Source: a virus (lineage: Duplodnaviria > Caudoviricetes). Taken from it: a stretch of DNA of 34,634 nt. How positions within the stretch are numbered: the first letter of the stretch is position 1; each line of letters opens with the position of its first letter. Made by a program: the position numbers and the translations under genes. Where the stretch lies: positions 1 to 34,634 of the IMG/VR virus record IMGVR_UViG_3300033412_000197, one strand, 5' to 3'. Positions 18,136-26,645 of this stretch are shown piece after piece. The notes below the pieces were generated by a model, which saw nothing but the letters and a program-made list of their open reading frames with translations, did not search any database and was not told the origin of the DNA.

Positions 18136-18254
18136 TGCCCGTAAGGGCTGATGGCGTCAATGTTTGCCTATCCTGCTAATGTGGGGCCGAGCCTTATGGC
18201 GAATAGGGGGAATCACCTCGAAAGTTTGGAGGCAAGTGGCAAATGCTATTCCAA
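18127..18254 (+). ncRNA. Candidate multi-stem structured RNA
   Basis: Closing stem TTGGAATAG/CTATTCCAA, GCCC-GTAA-GGGC GNRA hairpin, TTTGCC/GGCAAA and further hairpins in a GC-richer intergenic gap. Confidence 0.5.
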
Positions 18255-18272
18255 TTTTAAAAAGGAGAATAA

Positions 18273-18503
18273 ATGACCGAACCAACAAAAGACGGTGGGC
18301 AGGCTTTCCCATTAAATGTAACACCTCAAGATTTATATTGGGGAAAATATGTCTCCGGAATGACCCTTCGAGATTATTTCGCAGGGCAGGCGTTGGTTGG
18401 ATTAATTATGAGAGTGCCGGCAGATGAACAGGTATCTGCAAGTAGATTAACAGTTCAGGCTTATGGAATTTCTGATTTAATGCTCCAAGAGAGGTCTAAA
18501 TGA
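18273..18503 (+). CDS. Conserved phage protein (GGxAFP...GMTLRDYFA family)
   Basis: GGQAFP and GMTLRDYFAGQAL motifs; AAGGAG SD. Confidence 0.8.
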   Translation: MTEPTKDGGQAFPLNVTPQDLYWGKYVSGMTLRDYFAGQALVGLIMRVPADEQVSASRLTVQAYGISDLMLQERSK

Positions 18504-18628
18504 AGGAATTTTGGGATGGATTAGGAACAGCTTTAATTATATTGGCTATTTGTTTCGGTATTGGTCAATGCACAAAAATGGAATCTGAAGCAATTAAAAT
18601 GAGAAATTGTAACTCAGATTCTAAATGA
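18500..18628 (+). CDS. Small membrane protein (42 aa; not in track)
   Basis: GAGG SD, ATGA overlap, one TM segment. Confidence 0.55.
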   Translation: MKEFWDGLGTALIILAICFGIGQCTKMESEAIKMRNCNSDSK

Positions 18629-18644
18629 AGGGAGAGAGGGGAAT

Positions 18645-18728
18645 ATGGACATTCATCTTCTTAGAGATATTTGTATAATATTGCTTTCTTTCAATCTTGG
18701 ATATACGTTTGGTAGAGAATCTAAATAA
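18645..18728 (+). CDS. Small membrane peptide (27 aa; not in track)
   Basis: GAGGGG SD; hydrophobic core. Confidence 0.4.
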   Translation: MDIHLLRDICIILLSFNLGYTFGRESK

Positions 18729-18729
18729 T

Positions 18730-18829
18730 CGGTAACTGGTGGCGTGGAAGCCTAACGCATGGATGAGAAGTCATGATAAGCAGACCGATAAGTTTAGGTC
18801 ACCGTTGCAGACCAACTGCCCAGCTACCG
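18730..18829 (+). ncRNA. tRNA-like multi-arm structure (not a canonical tRNA)
   Basis: Closing stem CGGTAACTGG/CCAGCTACCG with arms GCGT/ACGC, CATGG/TCATG, GACC/GGTC, GCAG/CTGC. Confidence 0.45.
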
Positions 18830-18841
18830 TGTGTTAACGTT

Positions 18842-18894
18842 GTGGGCTGAACAAGAACGTCATGCTGGCTCTGATATCCAGCCAGCCCACTTTT
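18842..18894 (+). ncRNA. Acceptor-plus-T-arm-like minihelix or terminator
   Basis: GTGGGCTG/CAGCCCAC stem enclosing GCTGG/CCAGC hairpin, followed by TTTT. Confidence 0.4.
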
Positions 18895-18914
18895 AAAAAT
18901 GAAAGGAAAACAGA

Positions 18915-19256
18915 ATGGCACGAACAATCGAAGTGAGTGATGAAACGTATGAAAAGATTAAACAGCAGTTAGGATGTGACAGTTTCAAAGACTTAACCAC
19001 GCTTGAGGATATGGTCGGAGAAAAGTATTTCTTTCGTACCGTAACCTATCACATGACAGGTCGAGTCAAGAAAGTTATTGGTGGAATCTTAGAACTTGAA
19101 AACGCCGCTTGGATAGCGGATTCTGGGAGATTCATGGAAGCTATTAAAAAAGGTACGTTAAATGAAGTCGAGCCTGTTGGTAGAGCGTATTTAAACATTA
19201 ACACAGTCGTTGATTTTTTCCCGTGGAAACACCCATTGCCGGAGACTCAAAAATGA
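18915..19256 (+). CDS. Protein with RHH-like N-terminus and small beta-barrel (Sm/SH3-like) domain
   Basis: MARTIEVSDETYEKIK; VGEKYFFRTVTYHMTG...AAWIADSGRF...EVEP. Confidence 0.65.
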   Translation: MARTIEVSDETYEKIKQQLGCDSFKDLTTLEDMVGEKYFFRTVTYHMTGRVKKVIGGILELENAAWIADSGRFMEAIKKGTLNEVEPVGRAYLNINTVVDFFPWKHPLPETQK

Positions 19257-19438
19257 TAGCGACGATAGGGAATGTTAACACGCTTTGGTGGTCGAGGTCG
19301 TGGTCGGGGTCGGGGTCGAGGTCGGGGTCGTGGTCGGGGTCGTGGTCGTGGTCGGGGTCGGGGTCGAGGTCGGGGTCGTGGTCGAGGTCGGGGTCGAGGT
19401 CGGGGTCGGGGTCGTGGTCGAGGTCGGGGTCGATTTAA
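19253..19438 (+). CDS. Leader plus (Ser-X)24 low-complexity peptide, X = Gly/Arg/Trp (61 aa)
   Basis: GGAG SD and ATGA overlap with upstream gene; MIATIGNVNTLWWSRSWSGSGS... Confidence 0.65.
   Translation: MIATIGNVNTLWWSRSWSGSGSRSGSWSGSWSWSGSGSRSGSWSRSGSRSGSGSWSRSGSI
19289..19432 (+). repeat. 24 tandem copies of hexamer DGGTCG (D = A/G/T)
   Basis: Direct reading; only the first base varies. Confidence 0.97.
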
Positions 19439-19523
19439 TCCGAAATAACTGTTTAAGCAAATATTGAGATGGTTTATAGGACGGAGATGTGGCTAAAGAT
19501 TGCCCACTTTTAAAGGAGATGGA

Positions 19524-19631
19524 ATGAGAGCATGGGATAAAATTGATTATTTTATTATTGGTTTTTTGCTTGGGGGAATTTTTGGTGCTTTTTTATATGA
19601 AATAATTAATTTTTACATTAAAGGAGTCTGA
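19524..19631 (+). CDS. Small membrane protein (35 aa; not in track)
   Basis: AAGGAG SD; YFIIGFLLGGIFGAFLY. Confidence 0.55.
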   Translation: MRAWDKIDYFIIGFLLGGIFGAFLYEIINFYIKGV

Positions 19632-19632
19632 T

Positions 19633-19884
19633 ATGGGGAAGAAGTGGTATAGACCGTACATTATAAAATGTTCGACGCTTGAAAAAATAAATGGAAAATT
19701 CCATTTTATTGACTGGTTTTATCCGACCGCTTGGAGCAAAGAAAGAAATGTTAGGTTTTATTTTTCATGTGGCAAAAAAGGGGTCAAAAAATTTAATACA
19801 AGACAAGAGGCAAGGGAGTTTTTAGGACTTCGGATTTGCCGAAAGCCACGACCAAACGCCAAAAGAGCTAAGGATAAACGATGA
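19633..19884 (+). CDS. Basic hypothetical protein
   Basis: AAGGAG SD. Confidence 0.6.
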   Translation: MGKKWYRPYIIKCSTLEKINGKFHFIDWFYPTAWSKERNVRFYFSCGKKGVKKFNTRQEAREFLGLRICRKPRPNAKRAKDKR

Positions 19885-20030
19885 AAAAGTTTTGTCCAAA
19901 AGATAATGCTAAGGTTCTAAATAAATTCTGCGAAATGCTCGCTTCTATCCAGCCAAAGAAAATAAAGAAAGTTGTCCAGGTTTTATCTGATATTAAATAC
20001 GTCAAAAGAGGGAAAGTGAGGGGGGAATGA
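19881..20030 (+). CDS. Small hypothetical protein (49 aa; not in track)
   Basis: ATGA overlaps at both ends. Confidence 0.55.
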   Translation: MKKFCPKDNAKVLNKFCEMLASIQPKKIKKVVQVLSDIKYVKRGKVRGE

Positions 20031-20320
20031 GATATCGAAAGAAACCGGTTGTAATTGAAGCGATTCAATTAACTCCTGAATTATTTTGGGAAATGTATGA
20101 AAATAAAAAGGCAATATTTGATAAGTTTACTTTTTGTGGTCAATATCATCCACCGAGTAGAACTATAACAAATGCATATATTATGATTGAAACTCTTGAA
20201 GGAAAAATGAAAGCCGTATTATTTGATTGGATTATTAAAGGTGTTGCTGGAGAATTTTATCCCTGTAAACCCGATATATTTGAGGAAACTTATGAGCCAG
20301 TTAAGGAGCCGTCGAAATGA
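20027..20320 (+). CDS. PGDYG-like conserved phage protein
   Basis: YRKKPVVIEAIQ...TLEG.M...DWIIKGVAGEFYPCKPDIFEETYE. Confidence 0.85.
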   Translation: MRYRKKPVVIEAIQLTPELFWEMYENKKAIFDKFTFCGQYHPPSRTITNAYIMIETLEGKMKAVLFDWIIKGVAGEFYPCKPDIFEETYEPVKEPSK

Positions 20321-20469
20321 AGCTAATAGTAACTATGCGAGTTAGACCGAAATATGGGGATGATACTAAAGCCCTTATTGAAACGCTTATTAATAACCTA
20401 GAAAAAGATATGAATGTTTACGTCAATGTTGATGAGATTAAAATTCTTTTGAGGGAGGATGCGAAATGA
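20317..20469 (+). CDS. Small hypothetical protein (50 aa; not in track)
   Basis: AAGGAG SD, ATGA overlaps at both ends. Confidence 0.6.
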   Translation: MKLIVTMRVRPKYGDDTKALIETLINNLEKDMNVYVNVDEIKILLREDAK

Positions 20470-20798
20470 AGAAGGAACTTAAGCCGATTAATGATATTTA
20501 TGAACAATATAAACATTTAGACCCATTGTTTTCAGATATAGAATGGCTTAAAAATGATGATGAAGGTGGTATTAGTCCAATGCGCCAAGCATTATATGAT
20601 TTTTGGGAAGCTATTAAACGAGAAGTTACCCGTCCCCAGAGGCAGGAGTTGGATGAGAATCAGCTTAGAGCAATCATTATAGATAACTCCTCTGGACAAG
20701 GTTTTGATATTCCAGTTAATTACGATGTAAAGGTGAATGTTTCTAAATTAGCCAAAGCCATCTGCCAAGCGGCTCAAAGGGGGGAGTTGAATGGATAA
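20466..20798 (+). CDS. Hypothetical protein
   Basis: GGAGG SD, coupled. Confidence 0.6.
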   Translation: MKKELKPINDIYEQYKHLDPLFSDIEWLKNDDEGGISPMRQALYDFWEAIKREVTRPQRQELDENQLRAIIIDNSSGQGFDIPVNYDVKVNVSKLAKAICQAAQRGELNG

Positions 20799-20958
20799 AT
20801 TAGAACAGGAAAAAATGCTTTATGATGAGTTGGGTCGATTATTAGAAAGATTCACAAGAGAATTTGATATGACGTATGGACAAGTTTTAGGTGTTATTAA
20901 GTTAATTGAGTATGATTTAGTTGAACAAAATAAAAATCAAGGTGAATATGATGAATGA
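20791..20958 (+). CDS. Small acidic protein (55 aa; not in track)
   Basis: GGGGAG SD; MDKLEQEKMLYDELGRLLERFTREFDMTYGQVLGVI. Confidence 0.6.
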   Translation: MDKLEQEKMLYDELGRLLERFTREFDMTYGQVLGVIKLIEYDLVEQNKNQGEYDE

Positions 20959-21487
20959 AAAAGACCTTAAAGATTTCATTAACGATGGAAATAAAAAGAA
21001 TTATTGGAATATTCACGAACGGGAACAGAAATATTTTATTCCGCAATTAATCCAAACCTTCTCTGTGCCGGAGAAGAAGGGATTGGATATTGTTCGGCTA
21101 AGAACCATCCTTGCTCAACTTTGCTATGAATCACGCTTGAATAAACATAAAATTGGTGAGCCTCAACACGATTCAATTATCGAACACGCTATTAGAGAGA
21201 TTGAGTATTTCTGCTCCCCCCAAGGTACGGTGAAGGTTCCGAGTGTGGAAGATATTGTAGATATTATTTTTAAAGTAGAAGAAGAAACAAGTGGTCATTA
21301 TGATACAACTGATTTGGCTCAAGCCATCCACTCCACCCTTAAACCATACGAGGTGAAGGTGCCGGAGAAGAAACCATCAGGAGCTATCTGTAGCTGGCTA
21401 AATTCTGCAAGAGAATGTGACGCTTATATAGATGGTTATAATACTGCAATTAGCGACATCATCAAGCTGAACGGAATGGATAAATGA
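20948..21487 (+). CDS. Mosaic hypothetical protein with internal VPEKK/VKVP repeats
   Basis: AAGGTG SD before ATG 20948/20951; C-terminal GYNTAISDI motif. Confidence 0.6.
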   Translation: MMNEKDLKDFINDGNKKNYWNIHEREQKYFIPQLIQTFSVPEKKGLDIVRLRTILAQLCYESRLNKHKIGEPQHDSIIEHAIREIEYFCSPQGTVKVPSVEDIVDIIFKVEEETSGHYDTTDLAQAIHSTLKPYEVKVPEKKPSGAICSWLNSARECDAYIDGYNTAISDIIKLNGMDK

Positions 21488-21672
21488 AGATTGTTAAAGT
21501 TAGCTTAACTAATACCGATAAATGTTTCCATTGCATTGTCGGAGATGACGAACCATTTGAAGAAGCGGAAAGACTTCTTAAAAGAGTTTTAGACTATGAT
21601 TATCAAGATTACAGCTTCAAAGGCATGGAAATTATCGCTGATGAAATGGTTCTTAACGCATGGGCACAATAA
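21484..21672 (+). CDS. Hypothetical protein
   Basis: ATGA overlap. Confidence 0.55.
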   Translation: MKIVKVSLTNTDKCFHCIVGDDEPFEEAERLLKRVLDYDYQDYSFKGMEIIADEMVLNAWAQ

Positions 21673-21689
21673 GCTGAACGGAGGGACGG

Positions 21690-21890
21690 ATGAGCCTAGA
21701 ACGTAGATGTGATATATGTGATGGGCATGGCGATTGGGAACTTCGCAAACGATGGCGGTTATTTAAGACGATTGGGTATATGGATGGATTTATGGAACAA
21801 GAAATGGATATCTGTGATAAATGTTTGGAGAAGTTTAAAGTGTGGGTTAAAGGTAAACCAATGACCGGGGGTTCTGGATGTCAGCAATAG
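21690..21890 (+). CDS. Small Zn-finger protein
   Basis: CDIC...DICDKC; GGAGG SD. Confidence 0.65.
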   Translation: MSLERRCDICDGHGDWELRKRWRLFKTIGYMDGFMEQEMDICDKCLEKFKVWVKGKPMTGGSGCQQ

Positions 21891-22024
21891 GTTTATGGAA
21901 ATGTAAACGGTGTGGAAAAGAATGGTTAATTCCACGCAGAGGACGACCGCCAAAATGTTTTAAATGGAAATGTAAGAAGGTAAGGAAGAAGAGACGACTT
22001 AAAACCAATGACCGGAGGTTTTAA
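21878..22024 (+). CDS. Small basic Zn-ribbon protein (48 aa; not in track)
   Basis: WKCKRCGKEW...PPKCFKWKC. Confidence 0.55.
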   Translation: MSAIGLWKCKRCGKEWLIPRRGRPPKCFKWKCKKVRKKRRLKTNDRRF

Positions 22025-22134
22025 TGAGTGAACAAATTATCATTTCAATTAATGACTATGGGGTTAGTTTAATTGTTGCATTTACATTGGGTTATTTAAT
22101 ATCTGACCTCATAAGGAAATCCGATGGAAGGTAA
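22024..22134 (+). CDS. Small membrane peptide (36 aa; not in track)
   Basis: GGAGG SD, TAATG overlap, hydrophobic core. Confidence 0.5.
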   Translation: MSEQIIISINDYGVSLIVAFTLGYLISDLIRKSDGR

Positions 22135-22330
22135 AGAGCTAGATAACGGATGGAAATATATTGAAGCTGAGGCTTGTGAACAATGGGCATTGGCTAATGG
22201 ATACCGCAAAATACCATCAAGACAAGATATCCAACAAGTTATATACAATGTATATTTTCCAACTAGAAACAATGTTAAAAATTCAAAAATGGCGGCGGAA
22301 GAAATTTTGAAACTTATTAATCAAAAATGA
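22124..22330 (+). CDS. Hypothetical protein
   Basis: AAGGA SD; ATGA overlap with GT2. Confidence 0.55.
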   Translation: MEGKELDNGWKYIEAEACEQWALANGYRKIPSRQDIQQVIYNVYFPTRNNVKNSKMAAEEILKLINQK

Positions 22331-23046
22331 TTATCATTATCCTTCCAGTAAGAAACGAAGAAGAAACGATATTAAACACCGTTAAAGATTTAAGGTCTTG
22401 GGCTAATAAAAATCTTATTAATTCAAAGATTTTGTTTGTTAACGACGAATCAACCGATAACACTTTATACCAGCTTAATAAATTAAAAACGAACGTTGTT
22501 TCCATTAATCATTCAATAGGCAAGGGGTGGGCTTTATTATGTGGGTATATTTGCGCAAGAAATATTTTTAAGCCAGAAGATGATGACTTAATAGTTTTTT
22601 TGGATGGTGATGGACAAATAGAACATCGGGACATAACTTCATTTTTAAGGTTGATGGATACATATTGCGCAGATGTTGTTATTGGAAACAAGCGACACCC
22701 CTATAGCATAACGAATTATTCCACTTTGAGGACTTTCGTAAGCCGAACATATAACCTTATTGTTAGGTTTCTTTTTGGGTTTGATTTTAGAGATACACAA
22801 GCCGGATTAAAGGTGTTTCGTAAGTACGCTCTGGAAAAGGCTATTAATAAAATAAAATGCAAAAAATTTGCTTTTGACCTTGAATTAATAGTTGCTTTGC
22901 GTTATAATGGGTTTCGAATAATAGATGCTCCGATAAAAGTTAAGCCACAAAAAAATAAAGGAAGCGTCAGGTTGTCGTCGATAATTAGCACGTTTGTTGA
23001 TACAGTTTCAATCTGGAAAAAACATCAACAAGGTTTTTATGCCTAA
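22327..23046 (+). CDS. GT2 glycosyltransferase, polyprenol-phosphate glycosyltransferase (DPM/DPG synthase)-like
   Basis: ILPVRNEE, VNDESTDNT, GKG.A, FLDGDGQ, DTQAGLKVF, FAFDLE. Confidence 0.9.
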   Translation: MIIIILPVRNEEETILNTVKDLRSWANKNLINSKILFVNDESTDNTLYQLNKLKTNVVSINHSIGKGWALLCGYICARNIFKPEDDDLIVFLDGDGQIEHRDITSFLRLMDTYCADVVIGNKRHPYSITNYSTLRTFVSRTYNLIVRFLFGFDFRDTQAGLKVFRKYALEKAINKIKCKKFAFDLELIVALRYNGFRIIDAPIKVKPQKNKGSVRLSSIISTFVDTVSIWKKHQQGFYA

Positions 23047-24475
23047 AGTTCTTTTTGCGGTTCCTCCGTTTAACACGGATAAAGGGCAACCGCAGGTTCA
23101 GCAAAACCGCCAGCAACAATATTTCAAAGACGAAAATAATATTTTCCCCGTAGTTCCTTCCCTTTTTCTTACCATGTTAGTTCATGCCGGAAACGAAGTT
23201 ATGTTGATTGATTCAGTTGCCGAAAAAATATCGGAATCTGAGTTTGCCAAAATATTGTCCGACATGAAGCCAGACTATATTGTTTTCGAAGAAAACACGA
23301 TGGTTGTTAAAAGGTATTGGGAAATAATTAATGCCATAAAAACAAATCTTCCAGGCATCAAGATAATTTTATGTGGACTTCATACAACTGCGCTTCCCGA
23401 AGAAAGCAAGGCAAATTGTAAGGCAGATTATTTTATTCAAGGCGGGAAATGGTATAGGGAAGCCTTCAAAATCATAAGCCAAAAAGAATGGGAAGGAAAG
23501 TTGCCGGCGATAGACAGATATATTTCGCGGTGGTGGCTTTATTCTGAAAATAACGGAAATTATAAATATGTTCCAGCTACTTATACAATGGCCGCGCAAG
23601 ATTGTTGGTATAGACCAAAACATCAAGATGGAAGTACGGCATCTTGTACTTTTTGCACTTATGTTGATTATCACCCAGAAAACATGATTCGTCCGGTAGA
23701 TGAGTTTTTAGATGAGGTTCAGGGGCTTATTAATATTGGGTTTAAAGAGTTCTTTGATGATAGCGGAACTTTTCCTGTTGGAAAATGGTTGCATGAATTT
23801 TGCGACAAGATGATAAATGAAGAATGTGAAGGCCCGGATGGTAAGCCAACAACAATGAATAAGTTTATTAGATGGGGATGCAACATGAGGTTTAAGGCAT
23901 TAAAGCCGGAAGATTTTCAGCTTATGGCGAAGGCTGGGTGCAGATTTATCCTTTGGGGGTTTGAATCCGCAAATCAAACAACGCTTGATAAACTTAATAA
24001 AGGATATTCGGTTAAAGAAGTTGCGCCGAATTTAATTGCTTCGCGCATGGCGGGGATATGGAATCATTTGACGGTTATGATGGGGTACCCATGGGAAACG
24101 CTTAAGGAAGAATATAACACTTATAAAATGGTTAAATGGATTCTTTTAAATGACTGGGCGGCATCAATGCAAGCTACAATCTTTATGCCGTATCCAGGAA
24201 CGACCGCATATAAAGAGCTTGATAAGGAAGGGCTTATTATAACAAAAGATTGGGATAAATGGGATATGTGCCACCAGGTTGCGCAGATGAAATATCCATT
24301 TAAAGAAGCGTTAAAACTTCAAAGAAAATATTATAACATTGGTCTTAATCCAAAATTCTTATTAAACAAGTTGTGGCATATAAGAACCGCCGATGATGTG
24401 AAGCAATATTATCGGATAGGGAAAAAGGTTGTGAATAGGTTTGCCGGATTGCATGAGGAGGTTTCAGTTGGTTAA
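23039..24475 (+). CDS. B12-binding-domain radical SAM enzyme with expanded Cys motif
   Basis: N-terminal B12-type Rossmann domain (GLHTTALPEE), C-X13-C-X2-C, FFDDSGTF, GFESANQ..L..LNKG, MMGYPWET, PYPGT. Confidence 0.85.
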   Translation: MPKVLFAVPPFNTDKGQPQVQQNRQQQYFKDENNIFPVVPSLFLTMLVHAGNEVMLIDSVAEKISESEFAKILSDMKPDYIVFEENTMVVKRYWEIINAIKTNLPGIKIILCGLHTTALPEESKANCKADYFIQGGKWYREAFKIISQKEWEGKLPAIDRYISRWWLYSENNGNYKYVPATYTMAAQDCWYRPKHQDGSTASCTFCTYVDYHPENMIRPVDEFLDEVQGLINIGFKEFFDDSGTFPVGKWLHEFCDKMINEECEGPDGKPTTMNKFIRWGCNMRFKALKPEDFQLMAKAGCRFILWGFESANQTTLDKLNKGYSVKEVAPNLIASRMAGIWNHLTVMMGYPWETLKEEYNTYKMVKWILLNDWAASMQATIFMPYPGTTAYKELDKEGLIITKDWDKWDMCHQVAQMKYPFKEALKLQRKYYNIGLNPKFLLNKLWHIRTADDVKQYYRIGKKVVNRFAGLHEEVSVG

Positions 24476-25205
24476 TGGAATGGTTTCATGTGTTATCCCA
24501 ATAGTTAGAAACGACCCGCACGTTAAGGGTTGCGTAGAGGCTATAAAAAGAAGCACATATAAAAATGTTGAAATAATTGTTGTTGATGAAGGGCTTGAGC
24601 GTTCACAGCAAAGGAATATAGGGATTAAGCGCGCGCAAGGAGAATATCTTATTTGGATTGATTCAGATATGCGCCTTCACCCAAAACTTTTAGAGGATTG
24701 CGTAAACAAAATAGATTGGTACACGGCATTATATATACCAGAGCGTATAGTAACGGATGGTTTTTTTGGGTATTTGCGTGACTGGGAGCGTCAGTTCTAC
24801 AACGGGACATTGGTGGACGTGGTAAGATTTATTAGGACAAAGAATTGTCCATTGTTTGATGAATCTTTGCATGGGGTTGAGGATAGCGATTGGGAACGTC
24901 AGATTATAAAAGCAATACCAAACGCTGTTTTTGGGACAACAGATTATCCATTTTATCATCACGATAAGGTTGGGCTTTTTAAATATCTTAAGAAAAAAGC
25001 CTACTATGCCCAGAGCCTTAATCAATATAAATCAAAGAACCCAGAAGACAGATTATTAACTTTTAAATATCGTTGTTGGGAAATATTTACGCAGAATGGA
25101 AAGTGGAAAAGATTAATACAAAGACCGGATTTATCTTTTCTTGTGGCGTGTCTTTTGTTTGCCAGGGGTGTGATTATGATTCACCAAAGCATGAAATATA
25201 AATGA
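24468..25205 (+). CDS. GT2 glycosyltransferase
   Basis: VSCVIP, EIIVVDE, RNIGI..AQGEYLIWIDSD, GVEDSD; TTG start after GAGGAGG (or ATG 24480). Confidence 0.85.
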   Translation: MVNGMVSCVIPIVRNDPHVKGCVEAIKRSTYKNVEIIVVDEGLERSQQRNIGIKRAQGEYLIWIDSDMRLHPKLLEDCVNKIDWYTALYIPERIVTDGFFGYLRDWERQFYNGTLVDVVRFIRTKNCPLFDESLHGVEDSDWERQIIKAIPNAVFGTTDYPFYHHDKVGLFKYLKKKAYYAQSLNQYKSKNPEDRLLTFKYRCWEIFTQNGKWKRLIQRPDLSFLVACLLFARGVIMIHQSMKYK

Positions 25206-26233
25206 GTAAGAAAATATTAATTCTTACTCCTTTCTATCCACCCAACATCGGAGGGGCAGAAACTTTCGCAGAGGGATTATGCAACGAGGCAAAAAAATGG
25301 TTCAATGTCACGGTTTTAACCTTTCAGCCTTTTCAAGGACGAGCAAAGGCATACGAAGAATTTTATTATCCAAAAGGAAGTCTAAAAATACACCGAATGA
25401 GATGGTTATTAAATCAGGGGGCATGGAAAGGCATAAGCCTAAAAAATTTTATTACGGTAATGCCACAAATGTTTTTTTGGTCTTTCGTGTTACTTTCAAA
25501 AAGAAAATACGACATCATCCACGCACAAGGCTTAATAAGCGGTCTAGTCGCCGTTCTACTAAAAAAGGTGTTCAAGGTAAAGGTCTTTCTGACCCTTCTG
25601 GCTCTCTATGATTTTAAACGAGGCGTTATCAGTTCAGTTGCTAGATACATATTTAAGAATTGTGACCTACTATTTGTGGAAGGCGCAAATGGGTCTGACA
25701 ACATCCGATGGATGGTAGATGAGAGAAAGGTCAGAATATTTAATCATTGGGTTGACCAAACAATTTTTAAACCTATGCCGCGTATGAATGATAAGATAAG
25801 GGTTTTGTTTGTAGGCAGACCGATTCCAGAAAAAGGAAGGCATATCATTGAAGGCGCAGAGAGGTTGTTAAACAATAAAGACAAATATGAGTTCACTTAT
25901 CTTGAAGACGTTTCGTACAAAGACCTTCCGGCTTATTATCAGCGCAGTCATGTGGTCTGTGTCAGCTCTTTATATCCTGAAGGTTATTGTAGAGTTGTAG
26001 CGGAGGCTTCTTCGTGTGGGTGTTCAGTAGTTGTTAGCAATAGGGGTAGTCTTAGGGAAATGTGCACAGACTTTGGATATATAGCTGAACCAAGAGTAAA
26101 AGATTTTAAAGAAGCTATCGAAGAAGTTTCGCAGAATTTAAAAGAACATCAAGACCGTTGTTATCAATATGCTTTACAAAATTTTAATAGATCAAACGCA
26201 GATGTGTTTATTGGAGTATATTATGATTATTAA
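25202..26233 (+). CDS. GT4 glycosyltransferase
   Basis: YPPNIGGAE, LFVGR..EKG, EGYCRVVAEASSCG (EX7E). Confidence 0.9.
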   Translation: MSKKILILTPFYPPNIGGAETFAEGLCNEAKKWFNVTVLTFQPFQGRAKAYEEFYYPKGSLKIHRMRWLLNQGAWKGISLKNFITVMPQMFFWSFVLLSKRKYDIIHAQGLISGLVAVLLKKVFKVKVFLTLLALYDFKRGVISSVARYIFKNCDLLFVEGANGSDNIRWMVDERKVRIFNHWVDQTIFKPMPRMNDKIRVLFVGRPIPEKGRHIIEGAERLLNNKDKYEFTYLEDVSYKDLPAYYQRSHVVCVSSLYPEGYCRVVAEASSCGCSVVVSNRGSLREMCTDFGYIAEPRVKDFKEAIEEVSQNLKEHQDRCYQYALQNFNRSNADVFIGVYYDY

Positions 26234-26645
26234 AAATTGTCCCGTATGCACTAAGGAATTTAAAATTTTTCCTTACCAGATAAAAAATAAAAGAGGTTTT
26301 GTATGCTCTAAACAATGTCTTAAAGTTTATCAGGTTGGTAAGAAATTTAAAGTAAGTCCAGAGAAGATACGGTTTGGTAAGAAACATCCTGCTTGGAAAG
26401 GGGGGAAGTATGTAGATAACGATGGTTATGTGATGATATTTTCACCTAATCATCCCAATAGAAACATTAAAGGTTATATTTTTGAGCATCGCTTGGTTAT
26501 GGAGCAACATTTAGGAAGATATTTAAAAAGGTGGGAGGTTGTTCATCATAAAAATGAGGTAAAGACAGATAATTCAATAGGTAACTTAATGTTATTTAAT
26601 AATCAATCAGAACACATGAGGCATCATCATGCAAACTCAAACTGA
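26223..26645 (+). CDS. Free-standing HNH homing endonuclease (HNH_3-like) with Zn finger
   Basis: CPVC...CSKQC, HPAWKGG, EHRLVME..LGR.L...EVVHHKN..KTDN...NL; GGAG SD before ATG 26223. Confidence 0.85.
   Translation: MIIKNCPVCTKEFKIFPYQIKNKRGFVCSKQCLKVYQVGKKFKVSPEKIRFGKKHPAWKGGKYVDNDGYVMIFSPNHPNRNIKGYIFEHRLVMEQHLGRYLKRWEVVHHKNEVKTDNSIGNLMLFNNQSEHMRHHHANSN

Noticed and set aside
18164-18427. 87-aa TTG-start ORF
   Set aside because: Overlaps a structured region and the better supported 18273-18503 gene
19289-19432. CRISPR array, or the alternative poly-(TP) and poly-V reading frames
   Set aside because: Uninterrupted hexamer with no spacers; only the Ser-X frame has an SD and ATGA coupling
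26223-26645. Group I intron housing the HNH gene
   Set aside because: HNH overlaps intact neighbours on both sides with no room for intron core structure
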